A stretch of DNA of 64,000 nt from Candidatus Nanohaloarchaea archaeon (lineage in GTDB: Archaea; Nanohalarchaeota; Nanosalinia; Nanosalinales; Nanosalinaceae). Each line of letters opens with the position of its first letter. Within the stretch, counting starts at the first letter, position 1. The translations under genes were made by a program, and so were the position numbers. This document shows, in pieces, positions 1-9,488 of this stretch. The stretch is taken from NCBI GenBank assembly GCA_013343275.1, contig CP046106.1, positions 192,001 to 256,000 of the forward strand, given 5' to 3'. A model generated the notes under the pieces. That model did no database searches, was not told where the DNA came from, and saw only the letters and a list, made by a program, of their open reading frames with translations.

Positions 1-11
1 GCTTGATTCGC

Positions 12-398
12 TCATAGGTTTACTGCCTCCATGTACAGTTTGAAGCTGTCGATGGTATCAAAGTTTTCGGTTTCCTCTATCGAGGCCCATTCATGGGATT
101 CGTGTTCATGGCTGAGATCTACTTCTGAGGAAGATACCTCTACCAGGAAAATGTGGAACCTGAAATCTCTATCGTCTATCACGACTTCTTCAACGGAGGC
201 CTTCTCAACCTTCTCAGGTTCCAGTCCTGTCTCTTCCTGGAGCTCTCTGACAGCGGTCAGCTCTGCTGTCTCACCTTCATCTACCCCACCTCCTGGGAAC
301 TCCCATTTCAAAGGATTGGTGTCGTCCTCCGATCTCTGTACCAGTAGAAGCTCCTCTCTTTCACTGTGAAAGGTAACGGCCTTCGCAACTTCAATCAT
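12..398 (-). CDS. NUDIX hydrolase
   Basis: Nudix box [28 protein letters not shown]. Confidence 0.9.
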   Translation of the reverse strand: MIEVAKAVTFHSEREELLLVQRSEDDTNPLKWEFPGGGVDEGETAELTAVRELQEETGLEPEKVEKASVEEVVIDDRDFRFHIFLVEVSSSEVDLSHEHESHEWASIEETENFDTIDSFKLYMEAVNL

Positions 399-799
399 TC
401 TTTCTCGATCCCCACGGCTTCAAGTTCTTTCTCCAGGCCTTTAACAGTTTCAAAGCTGTCCAGTTCGTCCCGTGAAATCCACTGGTGTTCGGTGTGCTCT
501 CTCGAAAGCTCTACCCTGGAGCTCTGGACAAGTATGAGGAACGGATGAATCTCTATATCCCCGATATCGGCCTCGATAATCCCGGAGTCACCGGTCTTCA
601 GTATCTCTCCTTTCAGACCTGTCTCCTCATGCAGTTCCCGGATAGCAGCCTCTCGAGGTGTCTCATCTTCCTCGACAACACCGCCAGGAAACTCCCAGAG
701 GCCCGGATTTCTGTCCTTGGAGTCCGCTCTCCTGACCAGGAGAAACTTCTGTTTCTCCGAGTTATAGACTACTGTAGTTGCTGCCTGGAAATCAGTCAT
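395..799 (-). CDS. NUDIX hydrolase
   Basis: Nudix box [28 protein letters not shown]. Confidence 0.9.
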   Translation of the reverse strand: MTDFQAATTVVYNSEKQKFLLVRRADSKDRNPGLWEFPGGVVEEDETPREAAIRELHEETGLKGEILKTGDSGIIEADIGDIEIHPFLILVQSSRVELSREHTEHQWISRDELDSFETVKGLEKELEAVGIEKE

Positions 800-1190
800 C
801 TATCTCACCCAGTTCTTCCAGAGATTTCAGACCTCTAGCAGTATCAAGGGTTTTCAGGCCTGGAACCTGCGCCCAGGCGTAATCAGAGAATTTGCCGCTT
901 AACTCAACTTCTCCTTTAACTTCTACAAGGAAAGGATAGATCTTCAGGCCTTCATCTTCCGATACAAACGGTTGTGCTCTCTCAACTACTTCTCCTTCCA
1001 GGGATGTATCCTCTTTCAGGCCTTCGATCGCTACCTTCTCTGGAGGTTCTTCGCCATTTATTTCCTGTGATGGGAACTTCCAGTTCTCTGCGCTGTCTTC
1101 CAGCATCAAGTACATCAGGCCTTTCTGTGGAACAACTACCGCTATCTCCTTTTCGTCTGTCATACCACCGTTACCGAACCTAAAATTCAA
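792..1190 (-). CDS. Degenerate NUDIX-fold protein (start probably at MTDEKE, about 1163)
   Basis: WKFPSQEINGEEPPEKVAIEGLKEDTSL aligns with the neighbours' Nudix box but lacks the GG and RELxEE residues. Confidence 0.7.
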   Translation of the reverse strand: MNFRFGNGGMTDEKEIAVVVPQKGLMYLMLEDSAENWKFPSQEINGEEPPEKVAIEGLKEDTSLEGEVVERAQPFVSEDEGLKIYPFLVEVKGEVELSGKFSDYAWAQVPGLKTLDTARGLKSLEELGEIDD

Positions 1191-1217
1191 TATACTTGCC
1201 TTCCAAAACCGTACCCA

Positions 1218-1793
1218 ATGAGGTACTGGGAGAAACTGGAACAGGTACTTCTCAACAGAAAGGCCTTACTCCTGTTCGCTACCGCCAACATACTTGGCAC
1301 AGTCTTCGGATTCTACTATTACGCAGATCAGCTATCAGCCAACCCTGTCATACTATGGCCTTTCATACCTGACTCTCCCATTGCAACCTTGCTGGCAGCT
1401 GCTTCATTCCTGCTGATAGCATACAGGAGGGATAGAGAGCTTGTCAATGCTTTCGCAGTCATAGGCAACCTGAAGTACGGCCTCTGGACAGTTTTCGTGC
1501 TGACCTACTACTCGGAAATCTTCTACGCAGGCAACACGCTTCCAATGTATCTGTTCCTCCTGTTATCGCATGTAGGAATGGCAGTACAGGCCTTATTCCT
1601 GATGGAGATCTCGGAAGTCGAACTCAGGCCTTTAATCATAGCTGCAGCATGGTTCATCGTCAACGACCTGGTAGATTACAGTCTCGGAATTCACACAGAA
1701 ATCTATACCTCCCAGGTGTTTCCGGCGATGGTAGCGGCCTTCACACTTACTGCAGGCGCCATCACTCTTCTCTATCTTCGAGATTCCGGATAG
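1218..1793 (+). CDS. DUF1405-like membrane protein
   Basis: Multi-TM; N..GT.FGFYYY..QL and WPFIPDSP motifs. Confidence 0.75.
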   Translation: MRYWEKLEQVLLNRKALLLFATANILGTVFGFYYYADQLSANPVILWPFIPDSPIATLLAAASFLLIAYRRDRELVNAFAVIGNLKYGLWTVFVLTYYSEIFYAGNTLPMYLFLLLSHVGMAVQALFLMEISEVELRPLIIAAAWFIVNDLVDYSLGIHTEIYTSQVFPAMVAAFTLTAGAITLLYLRDSG

Positions 1794-2253
1794 GGGTTCC
1801 ACCTACAAACTCTCCTTCCTCTACATCACGGTTAACCAGCGAACCAGCAGATATCTTCGCACCATCACCAATCTCCACGCCAGGAAGAACAATACTTCTG
1901 GTACCCAGCATAACATTTTCTCCAACCTTCACAGGCCCGGTCCTCATCTCATCCTGCAAGGCCTCATGAGTCAGTATCACAGTATCGTACCCAATAATAG
2001 TGTTGTCGCCGATAGAGATCCTGTCAGGCTGGAAGAGGTCAAGAGTGGCGGCGAAACCTATCGAAACATTCTCCCCTATATCTGCACCTGTCAACCTCAG
2101 AAGAAAGTTCTTGACCTTCAGAGGCATGTACTTCGAGAGAACGACAAGAACTATCCTCCAGATACTGCTTGTAACCCCGAAAATCTGAGGCCAGTACCTC
2201 AAAGAGTTCTTCCCCTCAAACTCGTGAATCTCCAGCCTGTCTTTACGGCCCAT
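1762..2253 (-). CDS. Left-handed beta-helix (hexapeptide repeat) acyltransferase
   Basis: IGENVSIG, ISIGDNTIIG, VLPGVEIGDGAKISAGSLV repeats. Confidence 0.85.
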   Translation of the reverse strand: MGRKDRLEIHEFEGKNSLRYWPQIFGVTSSIWRIVLVVLSKYMPLKVKNFLLRLTGADIGENVSIGFAATLDLFQPDRISIGDNTIIGYDTVILTHEALQDEMRTGPVKVGENVMLGTRSIVLPGVEIGDGAKISAGSLVNRDVEEGEFVGGTPIRNLEDREE

Positions 2254-2318
2254 AAAAAGAATTATCTGTCCGCATGATTAAATGTCTGAAGTCAGCTATA
2301 AGAATGTCAGTAAGAAGC

Positions 2319-2732
2319 TTATAATTTTATTTTTCTTCGTAAAAATCTGCTTATTGGAGGGATGTTAATTAGATATGCGAGACCGCCAGCCAAGAAGACT
2401 GATCCTAGTATTAATTTATTTTGAGAGCTTAAAATAGGATATGTGTTGAAAAAAGCTGTGGTGGCATATAGAATAGTAAATATAACCAGACTAAATTGCA
2501 GGAACTGATCGTTCCTCCTGCTCAATTCCTCTGAAACAATTTGGAAGCCTTCTTTCGATAAATCTATTCCATCTGGAAATTGTATGGTACTGTTGCCCTC
2601 TTCATCAACATCCGCTAGTGCAACTGCTCTGAGCAATCCGCGTTGACTTAGTCGATTAATTTCCTCTACATCTGCGTTGGGATCTCTTCCTTTATACAGA
2701 TCTATAAGTATTTCCCAGTCTCCATCGTCCAT
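2319..2732 (-). CDS. Hypothetical membrane protein in an AT-rich islet next to the tRNA 3' end
   Basis: 137 aa ORF with two C-terminal TM helices; visibly more AT-rich than its flanks. Confidence 0.55.
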   Translation of the reverse strand: MDDGDWEILIDLYKGRDPNADVEEINRLSQRGLLRAVALADVDEEGNSTIQFPDGIDLSKEGFQIVSEELSRRNDQFLQFSLVIFTILYATTAFFNTYPILSSQNKLILGSVFLAGGLAYLINIPPISRFLRRKIKL

Positions 2733-2859
2733 TATTCTAGACTTAGTGTTTCTTACTTTTGTATTCCTTTGATTCTAGTTCTGAAATGGTTGTTAGACTC
2801 ATCATTAAATATTCGCTTATTAATGGCCTTGAGCTATTTCTAGAATAGGGATTGGTTGA

Positions 2860-2930
2860 AGCCGGAGCAGGGATTTGCACCCTGGTAAACCGCTCTGCAG
2901 GCGGTCGCATAACTACTCTGCCACTCCGGC
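2860..2930 (-). tRNA. tRNA-Cys (GCA)
   Basis: GCCGGAG/CTCCGGC acceptor stem, ACCGC-CT-GCA-GA-GCGGT anticodon arm, CAGGG-TGCAAAT-CCCTG T arm, U discriminator; CCA not encoded. Confidence 0.92.
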
Positions 2931-2990
2931 TTTTCTGGCTGGACTGGAGTCCGAGAAAACGTGTTTGTTTTCGGCCTGCCACTCCGGCTT
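2918..2990. repeat. 15-bp direct repeat duplicating the 5' end of tRNA-Cys
   Basis: CTGCCACTCCGGCTT at 2918-2932 and 2976-2990. Confidence 0.85.
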
Positions 2991-3158
2991 GTGTAAGGTA
3001 TAGGTGGGATAGAAGTTTTTAATAAACCGGTGAGGCCTTTGTTTTCTCTGGTTTTCTGGGTGTCTGACTGCGGCCTGTTATAGTTTACTGTACCGGAGTT
3101 TCCTGTTCTATTTTTATTATTCACGGAGGAATGTGGATTTACATCGAGGGGAGAAATT

Positions 3159-3965
3159 TTGAAAGTCGAGATACTTGGAAACGTTCAGGACGCAGGAGTA
3201 CCGCATCTGGAATGCAGCTGCGATGTATGTGAAGCTGCAAGGGAGGATCCACGGAATCAGAAGCACGTAGCTTCAGTAATGCTTAAGGAAAACTCGGATA
3301 AGGACTCTGTAAGATACCTGATTGACGCAACCCCTGATGTACGATACCAGATTAGAGGAGACTATCTTGACGGAGTATTCATAAGTCATGGCCAGCTAGG
3401 CCATATCACAGGGCTTCTTGACTTTGGAGAGGAAGGGTGCGACAAGAACAGCCTCCCTGTCTATGTAACAGATAAGACAAGAGACTTCATCGAGAGAAAC
3501 GATCCTTACCGGCTGCTGATCGATAAAAACAATATAGAGCTGAACGACTTCAACGATGGAGAATCTCTGGATCTGCAGGGAGCGGAGATCGAGGCCCGTG
3601 AAGCAGAGCACAGCCGGCTAAACACAGATACTACAAGTTTCATGATCAAAGGCCCGGAGAAAAAGCTTTTCTACATGAGCGACATCCATGCATGGACTGA
3701 CGATACTTTGAAGAGCGTGAAAGAGGCCGATATCGCGATTGTTGACGGAACTTTCTGGAACGAAGAGGAAATTGATCGTTACGAGGAGGTTCCTCACCCG
3801 GTTATGAAGGAGACAATGCACAAGACCGAGGACTGGGATACTGAGATCTACTTCACACACCTCAACCACACCAACCCGGCACTGAGGTCTGACTCCGATG
3901 AGAGACAGGAAGTTGAGGAAAGAGGATTCGGTGTGGTAGAACAGGGTCAGGAGTTCGAGATTTAG
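3159..3965 (+). CDS. MBL-fold metallohydrolase, PqqB/PhnP-like
   Basis: ILGNVQDAGVPH..C.C..C, LIDATPD, SHGQLGHITG, DGTF, THLNHTN. Confidence 0.8.
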   Translation: MKVEILGNVQDAGVPHLECSCDVCEAAREDPRNQKHVASVMLKENSDKDSVRYLIDATPDVRYQIRGDYLDGVFISHGQLGHITGLLDFGEEGCDKNSLPVYVTDKTRDFIERNDPYRLLIDKNNIELNDFNDGESLDLQGAEIEAREAEHSRLNTDTTSFMIKGPEKKLFYMSDIHAWTDDTLKSVKEADIAIVDGTFWNEEEIDRYEEVPHPVMKETMHKTEDWDTEIYFTHLNHTNPALRSDSDERQEVEERGFGVVEQGQEFEI

Positions 3966-3989
3966 ATAACCGGAGAAGACAGCTACGTT

Positions 3990-4130
3990 AAAACCCCTCC
4001 CAAGGGAAAAACTTGCAGCCGCTTCTCCAGGCTCTCTGTATAGGCCTTTCCCGGGGGAAACGGGAAAGAACTTTTTCTAGGGGCAAGCAATGGGATCAAA
4101 TACTGGAGGCCTTTTTTGGCGGCCTCCTGT
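3990..4130. other. Possible replication-origin region with mini-ORB-like boxes beside cdc6
   Basis: TTTCCCGGGGGAAAC (4047-4061) and CTCCCAAGGGAAA (3997-4009) resemble TTCCA.TGGAAA; GGAGGCC/GGCCTCC hairpin at 4105-4127. Confidence 0.3.
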
Positions 4131-4196
4131 AAGAAGTTATTTCTCAAGACTCGTTATTTAAACCGTTTCTCAGCTGTCCGAAATGTCCGATAAATC

Positions 4197-5210
4197 CTAG
4201 GATGCCGGCGAGTATTTGCGGCCTCTCTTCTCTCCAGAGGCCTCTATCAGGCCGTAGTCCACCATCTTGTTCAGGTATCTTCTCAGCGTTCTGTCGTTCC
4301 TCGGATCCTCTGCCTCTGTCCGATACTTCTCGTAGAGTTCTCCAGGACTGATCTCACCTTCCTCCTTGATTATGTCGTATAGAATTCTCTGGTGGTCATG
4401 CAGTTTTTCCAGAGATACTGATTTGTTCTCCTGGACTGCGTCCGAAAAACTTTGCTCGAAAATTCTGTCGGGAATTTTCTCAAGGTCTTCTCTCTCGGCC
4501 TTCCTCGCTGCCATCCGCAAAGTCCCGATAGCTACTCTGGCGTCGCCCTGTGATTTCTCTGCCACCATCTCCAGTTGAGCTCTCGTTGCAGCTCCCGGCT
4601 TCAGTCCGTACTCTCTACGATCTGCAAGTATATCTGTAAGCTCCTTGACGGAGTAACTGCTGAAGTGAATGTCTTCACGTGTCGAGAAAGAAGACTGTAT
4701 GCGATCATCTAGCTGGCCGAAAACGTTCTCCCTGTTCGATATCATAATTATTCCAACCTTGTTAAGCCGGGAAATATCGTATAGAAAGCTTTCCTCCTTG
4801 ATCTGGTCTACCTCGTCAACTATCACAACCATAGGCCTTTTTCTCGCAGTCTCCTCCAGCTTGTCGACAAGTTCCTCCGTGGCCGTGCCTTCACGCGTAA
4901 TAAACTCTCCCATATCTGTCAGTAACTGGTAGTACGCCTCGAAACGCGACGGATTACGGAAACAGTCAATCGAACCTGATTTCAGATCTGTAGCGTGCTT
5001 ATGCAACTCTTCGACAACATAGTTCGCCATCGCAGTCTTACCGGTACCAGGAGGCCCGTGAATCAGCATATCGATCGGCTGCTCGCCCTCCAGAATAGGC
5101 CTCAAATTATCGGCAATAACCTGTCTCTCGCTGTCTCTATGCACCATTTTGTTCGGCAGATAGTCTGCGGAAAGAACACGCGCATCTTCAATTATCGAGT
5201 TATAGCTCAA
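4197..5210 (-). CDS. cdc6: Orc1/Cdc6 replication initiator
   Basis: DYLPNKMVHRD, Walker A GPPGTGKT, Walker B VDEVD, GDARVAI, C-terminal winged helix. Confidence 0.92.
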   Translation of the reverse strand: MSYNSIIEDARVLSADYLPNKMVHRDSERQVIADNLRPILEGEQPIDMLIHGPPGTGKTAMANYVVEELHKHATDLKSGSIDCFRNPSRFEAYYQLLTDMGEFITREGTATEELVDKLEETARKRPMVVIVDEVDQIKEESFLYDISRLNKVGIIMISNRENVFGQLDDRIQSSFSTREDIHFSSYSVKELTDILADRREYGLKPGAATRAQLEMVAEKSQGDARVAIGTLRMAARKAEREDLEKIPDRIFEQSFSDAVQENKSVSLEKLHDHQRILYDIIKEEGEISPGELYEKYRTEAEDPRNDRTLRRYLNKMVDYGLIEASGEKRGRKYSPAS

Positions 5211-5316
5211 CCCCTTTACCCCCGAAAAAGAATGAAAGGCCTATACTGAAATAATTTTTCGCTAAACCTGTTTCGGTCCATTCTCTTTTAACCTTTCCAC
5301 TTACATTCTGAGATAT

Positions 5317-5582
5317 GGGTAGGCCGGGCGGTTCGGGGTCGCCTGTAACCTGAAATCCTCTACATGCAGTGGGCCGAAAACCAGTGCGAGGAGTTTCTTC
5401 GACGGTTCCGGCCCTTTCCTGGGCTGTCGATGATCCGTCCTCCGGGATGTCGCAGGTTGTGAATCGGGTCAGGCCTTGACGGGAGCAGCCCTAAGCAGTC
5501 TGTGGCATGTTCGGAGGGTGGCGGATCTGAGGTCCGGGAAAGGATTCACCGGCCGTTGAAGAGCTTCCAGCACTGGGAACCC
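5317..5582 (+). ncRNA. ffs: Archaeal SRP (7S) RNA lacking helix 6
   Basis: 5' GGGTAGGCCGGGCGG..CCTGTAACC Alu-like domain, long helix 5 (CCAGTG/CACTGG etc.), helix 8 GGGTCAGGCC..GGGAGCAGCCC, terminal GGGT/ACCC. Confidence 0.9.
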
Positions 5583-5649
5583 GCTGGTTTTTACATGTTG
5601 CAGGCTTTTAACATTTCGAACCTGTATTCTTCAATGTCTGAAACCTGCT

Positions 5650-6297
5650 ATGATCCATGTATACGGTACTTCACACGTTTCTCAGCAGAGTATTGAACGG
5701 ATAGACGAAGCTATAGATAAGCACGATCCGGATATAGTGGCCCTGGAACTCGACCCTATAAGACTTCAGGCCCTGAAATCCGGTGAAGAGAACAGTTCTT
5801 CAGGAGGCTCGCTTTTCATAAGATTACTTAGAAAGTTTCAGAATAGGATAGGATCGAAGACAGGGCTTATGCCTGGTCAGGAAATGCTTTACGCTTATCA
5901 CAGGGCTCTTGGAGAGGAAAGGGATGTAGTGCTTGTGGATCAGGATATAAGAGTTACAGTACAGAAACTGAAGAGAGATGTAGGCAGGAAGGAGAAAGTT
6001 AAGGCCGGTGCATCTCTTCTTGCAGGGCTTGTTCTGCCGGGAGGGATTGATGTCTCGGAGATACCGGATGAGAAGATGGTACAGCAGATGTCGGCAGAGA
6101 TGAAGCACAGCTTTCCAGGCCTTCACTCGGTGCTTCTGCAGGAGAGAAATATTGTTATGGCCGAATCCCTGAAGCAGGTGCAGAGAGAAAACCCTGACAG
6201 CGATATAGTTGCGTTCGTCGGAGCAGCACACAGAAAGTTTTTAGAGGATGAGCTAAGTGAATTCGATAGTCAAAGTACAGTGGAAGAATTCTTCTGA
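5650..6297 (+). CDS. TraB domain protein
   Basis: GTSHVS, PDIVALELD, LVDQDI, ERN..MA, FVGAAH. Confidence 0.85.
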   Translation: MIHVYGTSHVSQQSIERIDEAIDKHDPDIVALELDPIRLQALKSGEENSSSGGSLFIRLLRKFQNRIGSKTGLMPGQEMLYAYHRALGEERDVVLVDQDIRVTVQKLKRDVGRKEKVKAGASLLAGLVLPGGIDVSEIPDEKMVQQMSAEMKHSFPGLHSVLLQERNIVMAESLKQVQRENPDSDIVAFVGAAHRKFLEDELSEFDSQSTVEEFF

Positions 6298-7012
6298 AGG
6301 CTGTGATGGCTGGAAAGCAGAGCTACTTCTGGCAGGACCTGACGGCTTCGAGAAAAGAGGCCTCCAACCTGGCAGAAAGGTTTCTTTTGAGGTAACCGAT
6401 GAGAGAAGATGCACGGGATATGCACCAGAGCCAGGAGAAAGAGCGCCGTGCCCGGAGTTCAGAAAGCTGGAGTCCGGTTCGCAGTGCAGCGAGTGCCGTG
6501 GAAAAGACATCTACTCAGACTACGTCCGAGGAGACACCCAGACCGATCTGGACGGCGAGTTCTCGGTTTACCTAGCGCAGATAGGCCAGAGAGTAAAGGT
6601 CGGGGTAACCCGTTCCGAGAAAATACCGAAGAGATGGATAGAACAGGGTGCGGACTACGGAGCAGAAATACTTTCAGGCCTTCCCTCAAAAGTAGCGCTG
6701 GAGAATGAACATGAGATCTCCTCGAGAGGAATAAACGAAAGAATAAGGAAAGAAGAGAAAGTCGGTGCTTCCGAGAAACCGGAGGCACTGCAGAAGGTGA
6801 TGGAGGAGCATGACTACGAGGCCGATATCGTTGATGTTAACTCTCTAACAGTATACGATCATCTCTCCGGAGATTTCGCACGGAAAGGCCTGTTTGAAGG
6901 AGAGATAAAGAGTGTAGAGGGGCAGATAGTTGGGAACGGTAGAGTGGCGCTGGCGATGACCTCCGGTAAAGTACTGAAGAAGCCGGATCAGAAAGGCCTG
7001 GACAGTTTCTAA
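6257..7012 (+). CDS. DUF2797-like protein
   Basis: Cys-rich N-terminus; VYLA..KVGVTR..RWIEQGA. Confidence 0.75.
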   Translation: MNSIVKVQWKNSSEGCDGWKAELLLAGPDGFEKRGLQPGRKVSFEVTDERRCTGYAPEPGERAPCPEFRKLESGSQCSECRGKDIYSDYVRGDTQTDLDGEFSVYLAQIGQRVKVGVTRSEKIPKRWIEQGADYGAEILSGLPSKVALENEHEISSRGINERIRKEEKVGASEKPEALQKVMEEHDYEADIVDVNSLTVYDHLSGDFARKGLFEGEIKSVEGQIVGNGRVALAMTSGKVLKKPDQKGLDSF

Positions 7013-7057
7013 CAGGTTTCCGGTAAAACTATATTTAACGGAGGACAAACTTGGTGT

Positions 7058-7537
7058 ATGACAGACTTTGAAAGGGCCTTAGTGAACTCCTTCAACCAGT
7101 TTTTCGATGAAGAGAAAATTGACGGAATTGCTCACAGGAAGAAGCAGCACCGTTTTTCCAGCCAGTTATGCGATGTACTGGTGGATTCAGAGCACGAAAT
7201 GTTTTACCTGGCGATTGAGAACAAGTCGGTCAAAACTAGTTCGACTAACAAGCTCTACTTCTCCCAGCATTTCTCACAGAGCGAAGGAGGTCATCAGGTG
7301 GAGAGGATCTCGGACTTCGTCGATAGATCTGGGCGCCGAGGATTCCTCGCAGTAGAATTAAAGCGGGGTAGAGGCCGTGCAAGGAAGGCCTACATGGTGC
7401 CATGGAGCGATGTAAGAGAGGCTTACGAAGCAGGTGAGACAGGTCTTCACATCGACGATATCCAGGAGTACCCGGAGATCCTGCGCGATTCCGAGAACTA
7501 TTCTGTGGCCGAGATGTGTATGGAGATGAAGATCTAG
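7058..7537 (+). CDS. PD-(D/E)XK nuclease-like protein (RecU/Hjc-like)
   Basis: FE..L, CDVLVDS, LAIENKS, HQ, FLAVE pattern. Confidence 0.55.
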   Translation: MTDFERALVNSFNQFFDEEKIDGIAHRKKQHRFSSQLCDVLVDSEHEMFYLAIENKSVKTSSTNKLYFSQHFSQSEGGHQVERISDFVDRSGRRGFLAVELKRGRGRARKAYMVPWSDVREAYEAGETGLHIDDIQEYPEILRDSENYSVAEMCMEMKI

Positions 7538-7582
7538 GCCCGTTCTTATTAATCTCTTGACTTCGAAACTTCTCCTGTAATA

Positions 7583-8191
7583 ATGACTTCAAGCTACGTT
7601 CCTGATGAGGAGGATGTCAAGAACTTTGCAGTAGCTACCCTTGTTTTCGGGGTTTCGTTCGCTGCATTCTTCCAGGAACTGGATCCGAAAGGAGCGGTCT
7701 TCTACACTGCGCTTTCTGGAATCGTGCTTCTGACCAGGGAGTTCGGTTTCCGGACCTGCGCACAGTGGATGGATGCCTATGTTGACAACAATATCTCCCG
7801 GAGTGGAGCGATGACCTCGATACTTGGAGCGTTCCTCGCCGTAATAACCCAGCTACCGGTAATACTTCTCTTTCCGCTGTGGAACGAGGCCGAATCACAC
7901 AAGTACGAGCAATGGGGTAAATCAACCGATGCCGTATGGATGAAGAGAAAGTTCTGGCTCTACTCCTGCGGAATAATAGCACTGCTCGCAGGCTCAACTA
8001 TCGCAAGAACCCTTAACTTTGAACTACTCGCCCGGATGTACGCTATAACCAGTTTCTTCTTCCTGCTACCGTTTGACTACGAAGACCTTCCAGGAGAGGA
8101 ACTTGACGGCGCCTTCATCCTGCGCTGGAGCGGTTTTACCTGGCTGATCTTCATGGGGCTGACACTTGTCTTCTACTCCCTGACGTTCTAG
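7583..8191 (+). CDS. Hypothetical membrane protein
   Basis: Multiple TM helices; LDG motif near the C-terminus resembles a degenerate M50-like fold. Confidence 0.55.
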   Translation: MTSSYVPDEEDVKNFAVATLVFGVSFAAFFQELDPKGAVFYTALSGIVLLTREFGFRTCAQWMDAYVDNNISRSGAMTSILGAFLAVITQLPVILLFPLWNEAESHKYEQWGKSTDAVWMKRKFWLYSCGIIALLAGSTIARTLNFELLARMYAITSFFFLLPFDYEDLPGEELDGAFILRWSGFTWLIFMGLTLVFYSLTF

Positions 8192-8235
8192 ACCTTGAAC
8201 TAGATTTTATATTCAAGCCTTGGTAACCAGAATCT

Positions 8236-9483
8236 ATGCCGAAGATCAGCGTCGGAAGAAATGAAGAAGATAGAGAGGAACACGGCCTGAAAGGGACAGG
8301 AATTATCGGCAAACACCTGGTAGGAGAGAACGAGGAAGCCCACAAGGCCAACCCGATATACTTCGACCTGGCTAAACCTCACGTCATGGGGGTCTTCGGT
8401 AAGAGAGGAACAGGTAAGTCCTACTCGATGGGTACGATAGCTGAAGAACTCCAGGGATCAGATATCTCAGACAATCTTTCTACAATTATAATTGACTCCA
8501 TGGGGATTTACTGGTCGATGAAGAGGCCTAACGACCGTGCAGCAGGGATGCTAGAGGATTGGGATATAAAACCTGAGGCTTTCGATGCCAAGGTCTATAT
8601 TCCGGAAGGCCGTACGGAAGAGTTCGAGGAGAAGGATATGCCGTACGACAGTACTTTCACGATCGATCCTGCAGAGCTCTCAGCCCAGGACTGGGCCATG
8701 GCCTTTGATATAGATATGAACTCTGAGATAGGTATTCTCCTGGAGAGAGCTATCTCGAAACTTGACGATAAGTTTGGGGAAAATTACGATTTGGATGATA
8801 TCAACAAGGCGATCACAAAGTTTGACTTCGATGAATCCACTGTCAAGGCCCTGGAGAACCGTTTCATGACTGCGGAGGAATGGGGTGTCTTCGGTGACGA
8901 CTCATCGCTTGACCAGTTCACGACCCGTGGAGAAATGTCGGTAGTTGATGTCTCGATGTACGACGAACTTGTACGTGGACTGATTGTCGGGCTTCTCGGA
9001 GAAAAAATACTTAGACAGAGGATGGCCGCACGCAGAATGGAGGAGCTTGACGAAATGCAGGGCCTGGATACCAACGAAATGCCTATCGTATGGATGATGA
9101 TCGACGAGGCCCACGAATTCCTGCCGAATAAAGGAGAAACTCCTGCTACCGATACACTGCTTCGCTGGGTGAAGATTGGACGTGAGCCAGGTGTTTCTCT
9201 TGTAATGGCCACACAGCAGCCTGCTAAGCTTCACCCCAACGCTCTTTCACAGTGCGATATCCTGCTCTCTCACCGTTTAACTGCCAAACAGGACATTGAT
9301 GCGCTGGGTGAGATCATGCAGACGTATATGAGACATGACCTGGAGCATTACATCGATGCATTGCCTGATAGAGCAGGTACAGGCCTTATTCTTGACGATA
9401 ACTCTGAGAGGGTTTATCCGGTTCAGATGAGGCCTAGGAAGTCCTGGCACGCAGGAGGTACGCCGGACGCATTTGAGGACTGA
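8236..9483 (+). CDS. HerA/DUF87-family P-loop ATPase
   Basis: GKRGTGKS, IDEAH, GREPG..ATQQP. Confidence 0.85.
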   Translation: MPKISVGRNEEDREEHGLKGTGIIGKHLVGENEEAHKANPIYFDLAKPHVMGVFGKRGTGKSYSMGTIAEELQGSDISDNLSTIIIDSMGIYWSMKRPNDRAAGMLEDWDIKPEAFDAKVYIPEGRTEEFEEKDMPYDSTFTIDPAELSAQDWAMAFDIDMNSEIGILLERAISKLDDKFGENYDLDDINKAITKFDFDESTVKALENRFMTAEEWGVFGDDSSLDQFTTRGEMSVVDVSMYDELVRGLIVGLLGEKILRQRMAARRMEELDEMQGLDTNEMPIVWMMIDEAHEFLPNKGETPATDTLLRWVKIGREPGVSLVMATQQPAKLHPNALSQCDILLSHRLTAKQDIDALGEIMQTYMRHDLEHYIDALPDRAGTGLILDDNSERVYPVQMRPRKSWHAGGTPDAFED

Positions 9484-9488
9484 TAGTT

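Noticed and set aside
2874-2880. Non-canonical T-loop TGCAAAT in tRNA-Cys as a sign of a pseudo-tRNA
   Set aside because: All stems pair well and such T-loop variants occur in functional tRNAs.
2743-3124. ORFs 2743-2982 and 2840-3124
   Set aside because: They overlap tRNA-Cys and its promoter and have non-host composition.
5502-5696. 64-aa ORF
   Set aside because: It overlaps the SRP RNA.
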